Source of the DNA: a virus | Lineage: Duplodnaviria; Caudoviricetes | IMG/VR virus record: IMGVR_UViG_3300017691_000006 | Coordinates: 1-64,000 of that record | Strand: one strand, 5' to 3' | DNA length: 64,000 nucleotides | In this document: positions 1 through 10,800 of the stretch, piece by piece | Layout: every line of letters begins with the position of its first letter | Numbering within the stretch: the stretch's first letter is position 1 | Notes under the pieces: generated by a model | Told to the model about the DNA's origin: nothing | Database searches by the model: none | The model's input: the letters and a program-made list of their open reading frames with translations, nothing else | Program-made: the position numbers and the translations under genes

Positions 1-632
1 CGGTCCGGGAAGTTCGCGGCCATGACGCTGTCGTAGCCGCCGTTGTAGTGGTAGTCCAGGCGCAGAGCGGCCTTGACGCCCGACGTCTTCTTCTTGGTCG
101 TGGTCGACTGGATCTCACCGTACGTGCCCAGCGAGGGATCGTCGATGTAGCGCGACCCGTCGATGATCGAGTCCTTGACGCCGTTGATCGGTCCGACGCA
201 GAGCACCTGCTGGAAGGCCAGGAAGTCGTTCTTGCCGCCGGTCAGCGAACCGGACATGTAGCCCGAGCCCTGCTGCGAGACGTTACCGACCTTGCCCAGC
301 TGAGCCCACAGGTTCGCGTCCCAGATCGAGTACGTGTAGCTGTAGGCGTTGTACCCGCCGGAGCCCGTCAGGAAGCTCTTGTCGGAGGTGGGCGCGTCGA
401 AGGCGAAGTCGTTGCAGGTGTTGTGGAAGGTGCGGGTGCCACCGACCATGGCGCGCCCGTAGATGAGCGGCACGTAGTCGGGCTCACCCTCGGTGACCAC
501 CTCGAAGCCCTTGCGAGCGTCGGCAGCGGCCTGTGCGGCAGCCTTCATCTTCTTCGCCTGCACCACCTGGTAGGCGGCTGAGGCGGCAGCGATTGCGAAG
601 GCCGCTGCGGCGATGATTACTTCAAGACCCAT
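1..632 (-). CDS. Tail tip / central fibre (host-specificity J-like) protein, N-terminal part; runs off the window
   Basis: ATG at 632 overlaps the upstream stop (TAATG). Translation MGLEVIIAAAAFAIAAASAAYQ...VPLIYGRAMVGG is a hydrophobic N-terminus plus a PxxYG motif typical of tail-tip proteins. Not in the ORF track because there is no stop in the window. Confidence 0.7.
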   Translation of the reverse strand, partial: MGLEVIIAAAAFAIAAASAAYQVVQAKKMKAAAQAAADARKGFEVVTEGEPDYVPLIYGRAMVGGTRTFHNTCNDFAFDAPTSDKSFLTGSGGYNAYSYTYSIWDANLWAQLGKVGNVSQQGSGYMSGSLTGGKNDFLAFQQVLCVGPINGVKDSIIDGSRYIDDPSLGTYGEIQSTTTKKKTSGVKAALRLDYHYNGGYDSVMAANFPD

Positions 633-1237
633 TAGGACCTACCCCACTTCAGGACCAGCGAGCTGGAGCCGTTGTAAATCTTGTCGCAGCAGGCGTCCTC
701 CTTGTCGCGTGCACGGATGCTGTCGCGGGAGAGGAAGATACCCTTGCTCATGTCGAGCGAGACCATGGGGCTGGCCCCGGTCATGTCGAACAGAGACTCG
801 CCGACCTCGTCGGTGCTGATGGTTGACGTCATACCGTCCACGCGTCCCTTGTACACCACGAAGGTGTCGGCGAGGTCCGTCAGGGGAAGGCCGGTGTCGG
901 GGTCCAGGAAGCCCAGGCGGGCCTCCATCTTCTTGCCGACTAGGCCGTTCTCCGCGTCCGCTGCGCTCTGGAAGTCGGGGTCGGCGAGCGTCACACGGTA
1001 CTGCTCGCGGTCCACGTTGGAGCTGATCTTGGGTGGGTCGACCGAGACGATGAAGTCGTCGGCCACGTAGGTGATGTCGTTGCCCAGCTTCACGGAGCTG
1101 AAGTGGGTGGTCGAAGCGCGGAATACGGTGCCGTCCGCGTTCAGGAGGTGCAGGGTGTAGAACACCCGCGCCCTCCCGTCGGCGATCAGCTGCCGCACGC
1201 GCGGGCTGAAAAGAAGCATTACGTTATACCCTCTCAA
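632..1237 (-). CDS. Tail tip assembly protein (lambda gpL / GTA DUF2163-like)
   Basis: Second gene after the tape measure; C-terminal DxCC...KWG pattern resembles gpL-like proteins. Confidence 0.55.
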   Translation of the reverse strand: MRGYNVMLLFSPRVRQLIADGRARVFYTLHLLNADGTVFRASTTHFSSVKLGNDITYVADDFIVSVDPPKISSNVDREQYRVTLADPDFQSAADAENGLVGKKMEARLGFLDPDTGLPLTDLADTFVVYKGRVDGMTSTISTDEVGESLFDMTGASPMVSLDMSKGIFLSRDSIRARDKEDACCDKIYNGSSSLVLKWGRS

Positions 1238-1817
1238 TAAGGCGAACCGTGCCCATGTCCATCAGAACGCCGTCCTCGTACTGCATACCGATAACGGTGT
1301 CAGTGTCGTACAGGCAGTTCATGATGACGTTGTCACGGAAGTTGAACGATGAGTCTGCGACGGATACCCGCAGCTCGGGGAAGATACGCATGGTACCTTG
1401 CCCGACCAGCGAGTCTGTCAGCATATAGATCTTAGAGTGGTTGTCGAAACGGATGAACGTGCCCTTGGGGATCATGCCGCTGTTCGCGGACACCTCCACC
1501 TGGCTAGCGCCCGCAGACCCCGTGGCCGTTGGCCTCCCGTTAGCCGTCCGTGCTCTGATGACCCCCATGTTCTGGGGGACTATGCACTGGATCGTCTCCG
1601 AGTGGCCGTTGACCACGAGGTGGACCATGAGGTCCTGAGCGCCCGCCGACAGGGGCTCCAGGCGGGTCTCGATCTCCCACCTGTGAGCTGCCCGTCGACG
1701 GGTACGCCGCTTCAAGGAGAGGGTATCCGATACGAAAACGGGCGTGTTTGACTTCATGGTCATCGGCACGACGAACTGAGCGATCACGTTACCGTTGTCG
1801 TAGATACCGTAGGGCAT
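1224..1817 (-). CDS. Putative distal tail protein
   Basis: Immediately follows the tape measure; 197 aa, beta-rich. Confidence 0.55.
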   Translation of the reverse strand: MPYGIYDNGNVIAQFVVPMTMKSNTPVFVSDTLSLKRRTRRRAAHRWEIETRLEPLSAGAQDLMVHLVVNGHSETIQCIVPQNMGVIRARTANGRPTATGSAGASQVEVSANSGMIPKGTFIRFDNHSKIYMLTDSLVGQGTMRIFPELRVSVADSSFNFRDNVIMNCLYDTDTVIGMQYEDGVLMDMGTVRLIERV

Positions 1818-4800
1818 TACCCACCTCCTCTTTCCTTGTTGTGTGCGTTCACTCCTGCAGCGATCTGCGGCATAAGCTCGAAGATCGTCGCCCTGGTCTG
1901 GCGATTGATGTCGCCGGTGATGCCGAGGTTGATCTCGGTCTTGCCGCCGTCCTTGGGCGTAGGCATCTTGCTCTCGTCGATGGTGGCGCTGGTGGGTACC
2001 GCCATCATCCCGACCGCCATGTCGGACACGGCGTTGGACTGACTGGACAGCTGCGTCACGAAGCCGCCGTCGGCGAACTTGAGTCGCTTGCCGCTGTTGA
2101 TCGCCCCGAGCAGCTTGCGGTGCTTCTTGGTCGACTCCGCGTTTACCACGAACTCGCCGTCGCTCAGCATCGCGGGGATGCTGTCGGAGCGGCTGGTGCC
2201 CGGACCCTTCACGTCGCCGCCGTTCGCGAGGAACAGCTTGGCGAACATGGTGCCGAACAGGGTGCCAGCGGCCATAGCGCCGCCGATCATGCCTCCACCG
2301 CCTCCACCGCCGAGACCCTTGAGAGCCTCGCCGATACCGCCAGCACCCTTCTCGAAGACCCCGGAGAGGTCCTTGGTCAGCGTACCGATGTCGGCGTTGA
2401 AGGTGTCGCTGAAGATGGTAGCACCGTCGCCGATGCCGCCCATGACGTCGCCGCCTAGCAGGTCGCCGCCCTTGCCGAACACCGACTTGTTGAGGCCGGA
2501 GCTGTCGAAGGCAGAGCCACCGCCGAACCCGAACATGCTGCCCAGGGTGCCGTTGGCTATCTCGAAGCCGGGCATGTCGCCCTCCCGGAGGCTGGCGTCC
2601 TTCTTCTTGCCGATGCCGAGGAAGCTCAGCGGGTTGAAGCCCGCCGCATCCGCCTCGTTGCCCTTCCCTCGCAGGAAGCGGGTCACGATACCGTTGTCGC
2701 CCGTGAGCGGCTTGGTGATCATGTCCACGGCGTTGGTGATCAGGCTGTTCGTCAGGTTGCTGAAGAGCGTCTTGATGAAGTCGCCCTTGCCCGTCAGGGC
2801 GGCGGTGAGGCCGTCCCGCAGACTGCCGTCCAGGCTCTGAGCGACTCGCTCGCCCATCTCACGGAAGGTGTGGCCGAGGTCCATGACATGCTCGGAGAAG
2901 CTAGCCATAGACTCCTGAGCGCGACGCAGCTTCGCGGACAGCTCGTCCGTAGGCGCACCCACGGTCTCCGCGTCCTCGATAGCCTGCTGCAGAGCACGGA
3001 CCTGGTCGGCCATGCCGATGAGCTTGGCCTTCTGCTTCCCGTCAGCAGCTCGGTAGACGTCCTGCTGGATGAGGTCGCCGTAGCCAGCCTTCGCAGCCCT
3101 CTCGCTCGCGCGGTAGAAGCCGTCGCTGACGTAGCCGCGCTCCTTGGGAGGCAGCGCGTTGGCCTGCACCTCCACGTCGGGAGGCAGCACCTCGTTGACC
3201 GTCGGCGTTACCTTCGCCTTCCCCAGCTTGCGCAGGTTCTTGGCGACGTAAGCCTGGGTCTCCTTGGGCATGTACTTCAGGTAGTTGTCACCACCCTTAG
3301 CCATCGCCTTCTCGAGGCTGCCCGGACCAGCGTTGTACGCGGCCCAAGCCTTAGCCGGGTCCTTGTACTTGGTCAGGAACGCCTTGAGCAGGTCGCGGCC
3401 TACCCTAGCCAGCTCGTCCGGCGAACCGTCCTTGGCGGGAGCGACGCCGTAGCCGGGCTTGCGCGCGGTGCTCGGGAGCACCTGCATCTCGCCCAGAGCG
3501 CCGGCGGAGGAGCGCAGCAGCTTGCCGTTGCGTCCGTACCGCTTGTTACCGCTCTCGCTGTCCAGCGTGACAGGCACCATCTTCGCGAACAGGTCGTTGC
3601 CCATCGGAAGGTTAGGCATCTGGACGCCGGCACCCACGCCCACGGCTGCGGTCAAGGCTATGACAGCCTTGGTGTTCTCTGCGGTGGCGTTGGTGTTGAG
3701 CTCCAGCGGCTGCGCCGTGGCGTCGTCGAAGCTCTTCTGGAACTCCAGCAGGTACTGGTCCTTGAACTCGCCCAGGACGCTGGTGGCGTTGGTGCCGTCG
3801 AACTTGTCCAGGACCTTGGCCAGGGTAGGCGTCAGGTCCGGAAGCTCAGCGGCCTTCTGCAGGGCGTCGAAGCTCATAGCCTCCTTGACGCGCGCGTTCT
3901 TCTCGTCCGGACGGAGCCGGTTGAACTGACGCACGGTCATCCCGATGTTCGGGAACACGTCCTTGATCTTCGAGAGGCCGGTCTTGGCCCCGCGAGCGAT
4001 CGCGTCCTCGAGGTTCGTAGCGAAGCTGGAGAAGAAGTCCAGGTACTCGCCCTGGCGCTTCACCTCCCTCATCCACGCGAAGGCGTTCTTGCCCTGCGCG
4101 GCGAGGTCGCGGATGCGGGCCTGCACCTTGAGCGCGGCACGGTTGAACGAGTCCACCATGCTGTCGCCCAAGTTGTCCACGGTCAGCTGCTGGAGGCTGC
4201 TGCCGAACGCGCCGTTGATCGTCTCAGCGACCTTGTTGGCGGTGTTGTTCAGCTTGTCCAGGGTACCCGCGCGCTGCCTCTCGACACCGGCGAGCTCCTT
4301 GCTGAGCGTCAGGTACTCCTCCAGGCTGCTGGCGTCGTCCACCTTGGCCTTGAGCAGAGCCACCTGCTTGCTGAGGTCGATGAGCTCCCGGAGGTTGCCC
4401 AGCGACATCGCGCTGATAGCGGACCTGTCGGACAGGCCGGCCTGGTCCAGCGTCTCGCCGATGGCCTTGCCGGTGCTGTCGAAGGCAGACACCAGCTTCT
4501 GGCGCATGTCCGCGAGCAGCTTCGCCTTGCGGGTCAGCTGGTCGGACACGTCCTGGGTCGGCGTAGCCTTCTCCAGCTCCTTCTCGATCCCGTGGATCTG
4601 AGCGGCGATGCTGGACAGCGAGGAGCGGGCGTCCTTGCCCAAGCGGGCGAAGCCGAGGTCAGAGATCGCGATCCCCGCCTCGTTCACGTCGGCCAGCAGC
4701 TGCTTGAACCCGTAGCGGTCCTTCTTCTCGGCCTTGGGAGCCTCGCCGAGCTTCTGCATCTGCTCGTCGATGTCGGCCGCACGCGACAGGGCGTCGCTGT

Positions 4801-7800
4801 ACGTCTTCACCTCGGAGGCGGAGAGGGTCCCGGTACGCAGCTTGGGCTGGTACTGAGCTACGGTGTACTCCGCGTCGGCCTTGCTGATAGACAGCTGCGT
4901 GAAGCGGGTAGCCTTGCCCTTGTTGGCGCGGATGCGAGCGTTGGGCTTGTCGCCCGTGATGCTCGCGGCCACGTCGGCCCCCGCGACTCCGGAGAGTCCC
5001 AGCGTGGCGATGCTGCCCAGCGCGTCGAAGCGAGCCTTGGCCGCAGCACGCTTGGCCTCACCGAACTTGTCGATGACACCCTGGATAGCGTCCTGCACCG
5101 CCTCGATGCCGGTCTTACCCTCCTCGTAGTCGAGCAGAGCCTGGTTGGCCTCCACCTGCGCGACCTTAACGTCCTTGAGGGCCTCGCCCAGCTGCATGAC
5201 GTCGTCGGTGGGCAGGTTGGCGTACATCTCCATGGAGATGCCCGCAGCCCCTACGTCGGTCAGCCCCTTGTTCAGCCCCTCGAAGGAGACGTCCACGGGA
5301 CCGAGCTTCGCCATCTGCAGCTGAGTGTCGCCCAGCTGCTTCTGCAGCCTACGCAGGTACTCGGGGGTGGCCTCGGAGGGAGCGTTGTCCAGGGCGTTCT
5401 TGAGCTCCAGGTACCGCTTGGTCACGGCGTCGAAGCTCTTGGAAGCCTCGCTGCCGGACAGACGGAAGCCACGGAGCAGGTCCTCTCCCACGCCGGAAGC
5501 GTCGGACTGCTGCTTCATCAGCGTCCCGAACAGCACGCGCTGGTCCAGGATGGCCTTGTAGCCCTTGGCCTCCTCCTCAGCGGACTTCTTCCAACTGAAG
5601 GCTCGGTTACGCTCGCCCATGTTGCGGGCACGGTCCACGCCCGTGTCGGCCATTCCACGAATCTTCGCCAGAGCGTCGAACCGCTTCATGTCCTTCTCGG
5701 TGCCGTAGAAGCTGTCGGGTGCCAATCCTGCGCCCAGACCCTTGGTACGGGTCTCGAAGCCCTTGAGCTTGTCCTTGAGCTTGTCGGCCAGGTCGATGTT
5801 CTTACCCATCGCACCAGCCGCGAGGCCGATCTTCTTGTACGACTCCTCGATGCGGGCCAGGTAGGCCAGCTCCGACTTGTAGCGCTTGACTGCGTCCTCT
5901 CGCGTACGGTCGCCCTGCGAGCGGTCGAAGCCGCCGGACTCCACCACCTTGCGGGTGTACTCAGCCTTCGTGACCGCCTTGTCGTACTCGGACTGAGCCT
6001 TGGTGAGGCTCTCCTGCACGGTCTTCGGCAGCTTGTCGAAGTACTTCACCGCGTCTCGGGTGAAGTTCGTCTCGAAGTCGTTGTACATTCGCCCGTTGGC
6101 GTTGTCACGGTCCATGACGCGATCGCGGGTGGCGACGAAGCCGTCCTTGATGCCCTTGCGGATGCCTCCGAAGAAGCGGCCCACGGCGCTGTCGCTGATC
6201 CAGTTGTCCAGAGCAGTCAGCGCGGGCATGACGGTGCCAGCGATGGCGACGCCCACAGCGGTGGCGAACCACGTCGCTGCCTTGGTGATGTCGCGGAAGG
6301 CGTCCACCACCTTGTCGCGGGCGTCGTAGTAGAGGCTGAACACGCTGTTGCCAGCGTTGGCGATGTTGGCGTCCGCACCGCCGAACAGGCGGCTGATGTT
6401 GCCGCCCAGGGAGGTGTCGCCCTGACCACGACGCTGCTGAGCCAGGGCCAGCTTGTCGCCGAAGTCGTTGCCGGGGTCGGCGTCCTTGCGGAGCTTCTGC
6501 CGGGCGATGATGCCCTTAGCCTCGTCGTACGCCTGCGACGCGCGCAGACGCTGATCGTCATTGGCCCCGCCCTGCTTGACAGCCTCGTCGTTGAGCGACT
6601 TCAGCGTGTCCTTGTAGGTGTCGAGAGCCTGCTTGACGCCGTCCAGCTGGGCAGCGGACATGTTGGCCGCGTCCATGTTCATCAGCTGGCGGGTGAGATC
6701 GTACGTCTGACCATCCACCTCGAGCTTGCCGTAGTCGTCGGCCATGCCCTTAGACTTGCCAGCGCCCGTCTTGGGCTCGAAGCCGGCGAAGCCGAGAACC
6801 TTGTCGGCCAGCCACTTCACGTTGTCGGTGAAGCTGTCGAACGGGCCGACGAAGCCAACGAAGGCCGTGGCGAGAAGGGTCAAGCCACCAGCCACCAGTG
6901 CCAGCGGCCCGAGAGCGATGCCGAGCACCTCGGTGGTCAGTAGGGACAGACCACGGAACAGCAGCTGGGTAGCGCCGCCGAGACCCTTCAAGCCCAAGCG
7001 GAAGGGAAGCATGAGCGTCTTTAGGACACCCATCTCCTTGACGCCGCTCATCACCTTAGCAGCCGCGTCGCCCTTGAACGCGCCCGAGAAGGCCTTGACC
7101 TTGTCGAACACGCCGGTAGCGTCGCCAGCGGCCTCCACGCCCTTGCCCAAGGCGCTGCCGGCCACCGCACCCTTGATCTTGTCGAAGGCGAAGGCGGTAC
7201 GCAGCTTAGCGAAGCCTGCGGTAACTCCCGTGAAGAAGCGACCTGCCTCCGCCTTAGCAGCCTGCCAAGCGGCCTGGTTTGCGGCCGGGATGGCGTCTGC
7301 CATGAGCGCCTTGCGCTTGGCCTCGAAGGCCTCGTTGGACTCCTTGCTGATTCGACCGCGATACACGCTGATCTTGTCGGTACCGAACGCCTCCTGCCTG
7401 TCGGCCTTGGGGGTGTTCTTGAAGGCGTTTACGGCCTCGAGCTTGCGCTCGCTGAACCGCAGCTTCATGTCCTTGAGCTCGTCCGCAGTGGCGTCGCTCA
7501 GGAACGACTTGCGAGCCGACCTGTACGCGCCGAAAGCCTTGGTGCCCAGGGACAGCGTCTTCATGGCGGCGGTCAGTGCGACCACCGCGACCGCCGTGCC
7601 CGCCAGCGAGTCACCCATGCTGGAGAACGCATCCGCAGCGCCCGTAGCCGCCGACGCCGAGGTGGCGAAGAAGGCAGCGAGGTTGACGCCCACGGAGAGC
7701 AGGAGCATCCGGTTCTGTAGCAACTTGCCTAGACCGTTGAACACGGGGCCGAGGAAGCTGTAGAACGACGAGATAGAGCCCTTGAGAGCTTCGAACGCCT

Positions 7801-10800
7801 TGGCGGTGAAGTTCTTGAACCCGTCAGCGACGATGGTGTTAGACACCGTCAGGCGAGCCACCAGGTCCAGCGCGACCTTGTTGTACAGGGTTCGCATCTG
7901 GGCCGCGTACTCGCGGATGCTCTTGCTGGCCGGGTCGATCTTGTAGTCGCCGACCGCCGTCTTCACGCGCTGGAAGGCGGTGCCGAAGCTGGTGTTGGCT
8001 GTGGGACGCTGCGGACCCTGAGGCCCGACGACGTCCGCGCCGAAGAACAGGTCCTTCATGCCGATCACACCGTCGGCGTAGAGCTTGCGCCCTGCCTCGA
8101 TGTTAGCGACGACCTGCTTGATGTTGTCCGTGAACCCCGCCATAGCGCGACCCACCGGACCCTTCACCTTCTTCGAGCGAGCCTCCATGGCGTCGAACGG
8201 AGCAGCCAGCCACTTGGTCAGCTTCTCGTAGGCCGAGGTCGGCAGCACCAGCTTGGCCATGTTCTTAGCGATGTCGCCGAAGGACTTGACCAGCAGGTTG
8301 GTGCCGAGGATCGTCGTCTCCTTCATGAAGCGAGCGCCGCCCTTGTTGCCAAGGATGGCCATCGCCAGGAAGGGAGCCGCCACCGCGAAGGCGTCTCGGA
8401 AGCGGAACGCGTCCATCAGCCCCAGGCTCATGATGCCTGCAGCGATGGCAGCGAACTTGGGCTTGTCGAACAGCTGGGTGGCCAGCGAGCTGGTGAACTT
8501 GACGCGCTGCGCCTGACCGACCACGGGACCGGCGAGGCTCTCGAACAGCGCCGGACCGATGCCGGCGGTAGCCTCCTTCTTACCCTTCGCGGGCGTGCCG
8601 AACAGGGTGGCCCACACGTCGGTGAACTTCTTGCCGGTGAACTTGAGGTAGGCTGCGGTCACGAGGGCCAGCGAGCCCAGCACCCCGTTGTTGAAGATCG
8701 GGATGAAGTTCGAGATCAGGTTCATCGGGTACTGGATGAACGGGATCAGGTCGGTGAACATCGTCTCTAAGAAGCTCGGCAGGGCCTTGCCCGCCAGGAT
8801 GATAGCTTCCTTGAACGACGTGATCAGACCCTTGGCGAACTCCGCCCCGAGCACGCCAGCGGCGCTGCCCACGGCGGGTGCCGCCTTGTTGATGGCACCG
8901 CCCGTGGCGTTGTCGAAGATAGACAGCAGGTAGGCTGCCGCCAGGAACTTGAAGCTGGCGTTCTTCGAGCGCAGAAGCGTGAAGGCGGAGTACAGGATCG
9001 CGCCGAACGAGCCGGCGATGTTGCGCGCCGTGCTGCCCCAGTCGATGTTCGTCACGACCACCGAAATCTCGCCCAGAGCACCGCCGAACTTCGAGAAGTA
9101 CGAGCGGACCTTGTCCAGGGTGCTCCTGAACGCCCCGAGCACGCCGTCGCTGAAGCGGTCGATCATGCTAGAGGACTGGAAGAGGTTCTTGGTGTAGGCG
9201 TTGACGTCGTCCACCATGTCGGGCCAGAAGGAGTGACCGACCACCTCGTCCCAGATGTTGAAGAACACGTCCTTGACGTGCTGCCCGAACCCGGTGATGC
9301 GGTTCTCCACCGCCTTGAGGTGCTGGTTGGCGTAGCTCAGGATGTCCGTAAACATCTTGACCACGAACTCGACGCCCTTGCCCGCAGCGGACTTGAGCCC
9401 GTCGAACACGCTGTCGTAGTCCACGGCTGCCAGCTGGGCGTAAATCTCCTGCGAGATGCCGGTGAAGGCGCCCGCGACGAAGCCTGGGATGGTGGCCAGC
9501 ACGCCTGCGATGACGTAGACGAACTGCTTGCCGAGGTCGCGCGAGTACCTGTCGAGGTCCACGCCCTTCTCGAACACCTCTGCCAGCGCCTTGCCGATGA
9601 AGCTAACGCCCGCGACGATTCCGCGAACCAGAGCCTTGCCGAACGCCTGGCCGTTGTCGAAGTTGAACGCCGACGAGAAAATGTCGGCCACTGTCTTGAG
9701 CGCGATCAGCAGGCTGATCTTGAGCTTGTAGACGAACAGGTTGATGTCCGGGGCCAGCAGCTGCTTGTAGGTGTAGGCGGCGCTGTCGCCGAGCAGCCGC
9801 ATGTACTCGATCACTCGGTCGAAGCGGGTGTCGCGGATGCGGATCAGGCGGTTGTCCATGAGACCCAGCTGGATCAGCAGGTCCTGAACGGGCCAGACGG
9901 TGAATGACTTGACGAACCGGGTCTTCTCGTTGAGGAAGTGCCCGAGGCTGTTCAGCCGGATGAAGTGCTGGTCGAAGACGTTGTTGAGCACGGTCAGGTT
10001 GTGCGCGAAGTCGACGATGTCGTCGGACTGGAACAGGCGCACGAACGCCCTGGGACCGAAGTTGTCGCCCAGGTTGCCGAAGCTGATGACGTCGCGGAAC
10101 TCCTCCAGACCGCGCGTGAGCGGCAGGAGAGCCTTGTAGACGTAGGTGTCCGCAGCCTTGGCGGTGATGGCGGAGTCTGCCAGCAGCGAGTCACGGAACC
10201 GGACCATCGGTGCGATGATCACGGGCATAGACCGCTTGATGTTGTGGGCCGTCAGCTCCACGCCGCGAGCCAGCTGCGCGAAGGTGTCCACGACAGCCTT
10301 CACGGTGGCGCGGGTGTCGCCCACGTCGAAGAACCCGGTGTCCTCCTTGGTCGGCATCTTGAGGCGCGACTTGAGACGCTCGATCAGGTTCTGCGGCACG
10401 TCGACGTCGTTGCCCGAGAAGAAGCTCTTGAGAGCCTCCAGCTGCTTCTTGGACTCCTTCTTCATCTCGGCCTCAACCGAGCCGTCGCCGGGGTCGAAGC
10501 GCCAGATTTCGAACTTGACCTTGCGGAGCCGCTCCAGCTCGTCGAAGTAGTTGTTGAGGGCGCGACGGATTGTGGTCAGCCGGGTGACGACCGCGTCGGA
10601 GTCCAGCCCCTTGCCCATGCTGACAAAGATCGAGCCGAGCTTGGCGGATGCGCCGGTGAACTGGTTGATGTCACCGAGGAAGTAGTTCAGCGACTGGCGG
10701 AACTGCCGGAAGCCGACGGTAGCCGAGGCCTGTGTGCGGCCGAAGTCGCGCTCAGCCGTCGAGGCCATCTTCTCGAGAGCGCCGACCAGCACCTCGGTGG

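Noticed and set aside
2870-6943. 1357-aa plus-strand ORF (also 9938-11377, 17133-18494, 27195-28529, 33049-34488, 56224-57456, 57757-59112, 62203-63894)
   Set aside because: Exact antisense shadows of well-supported minus-strand genes. Strong GC3 bias removes stops on the opposite strand; the translations are Leu/Val/Ala/Gly-rich with no motifs.
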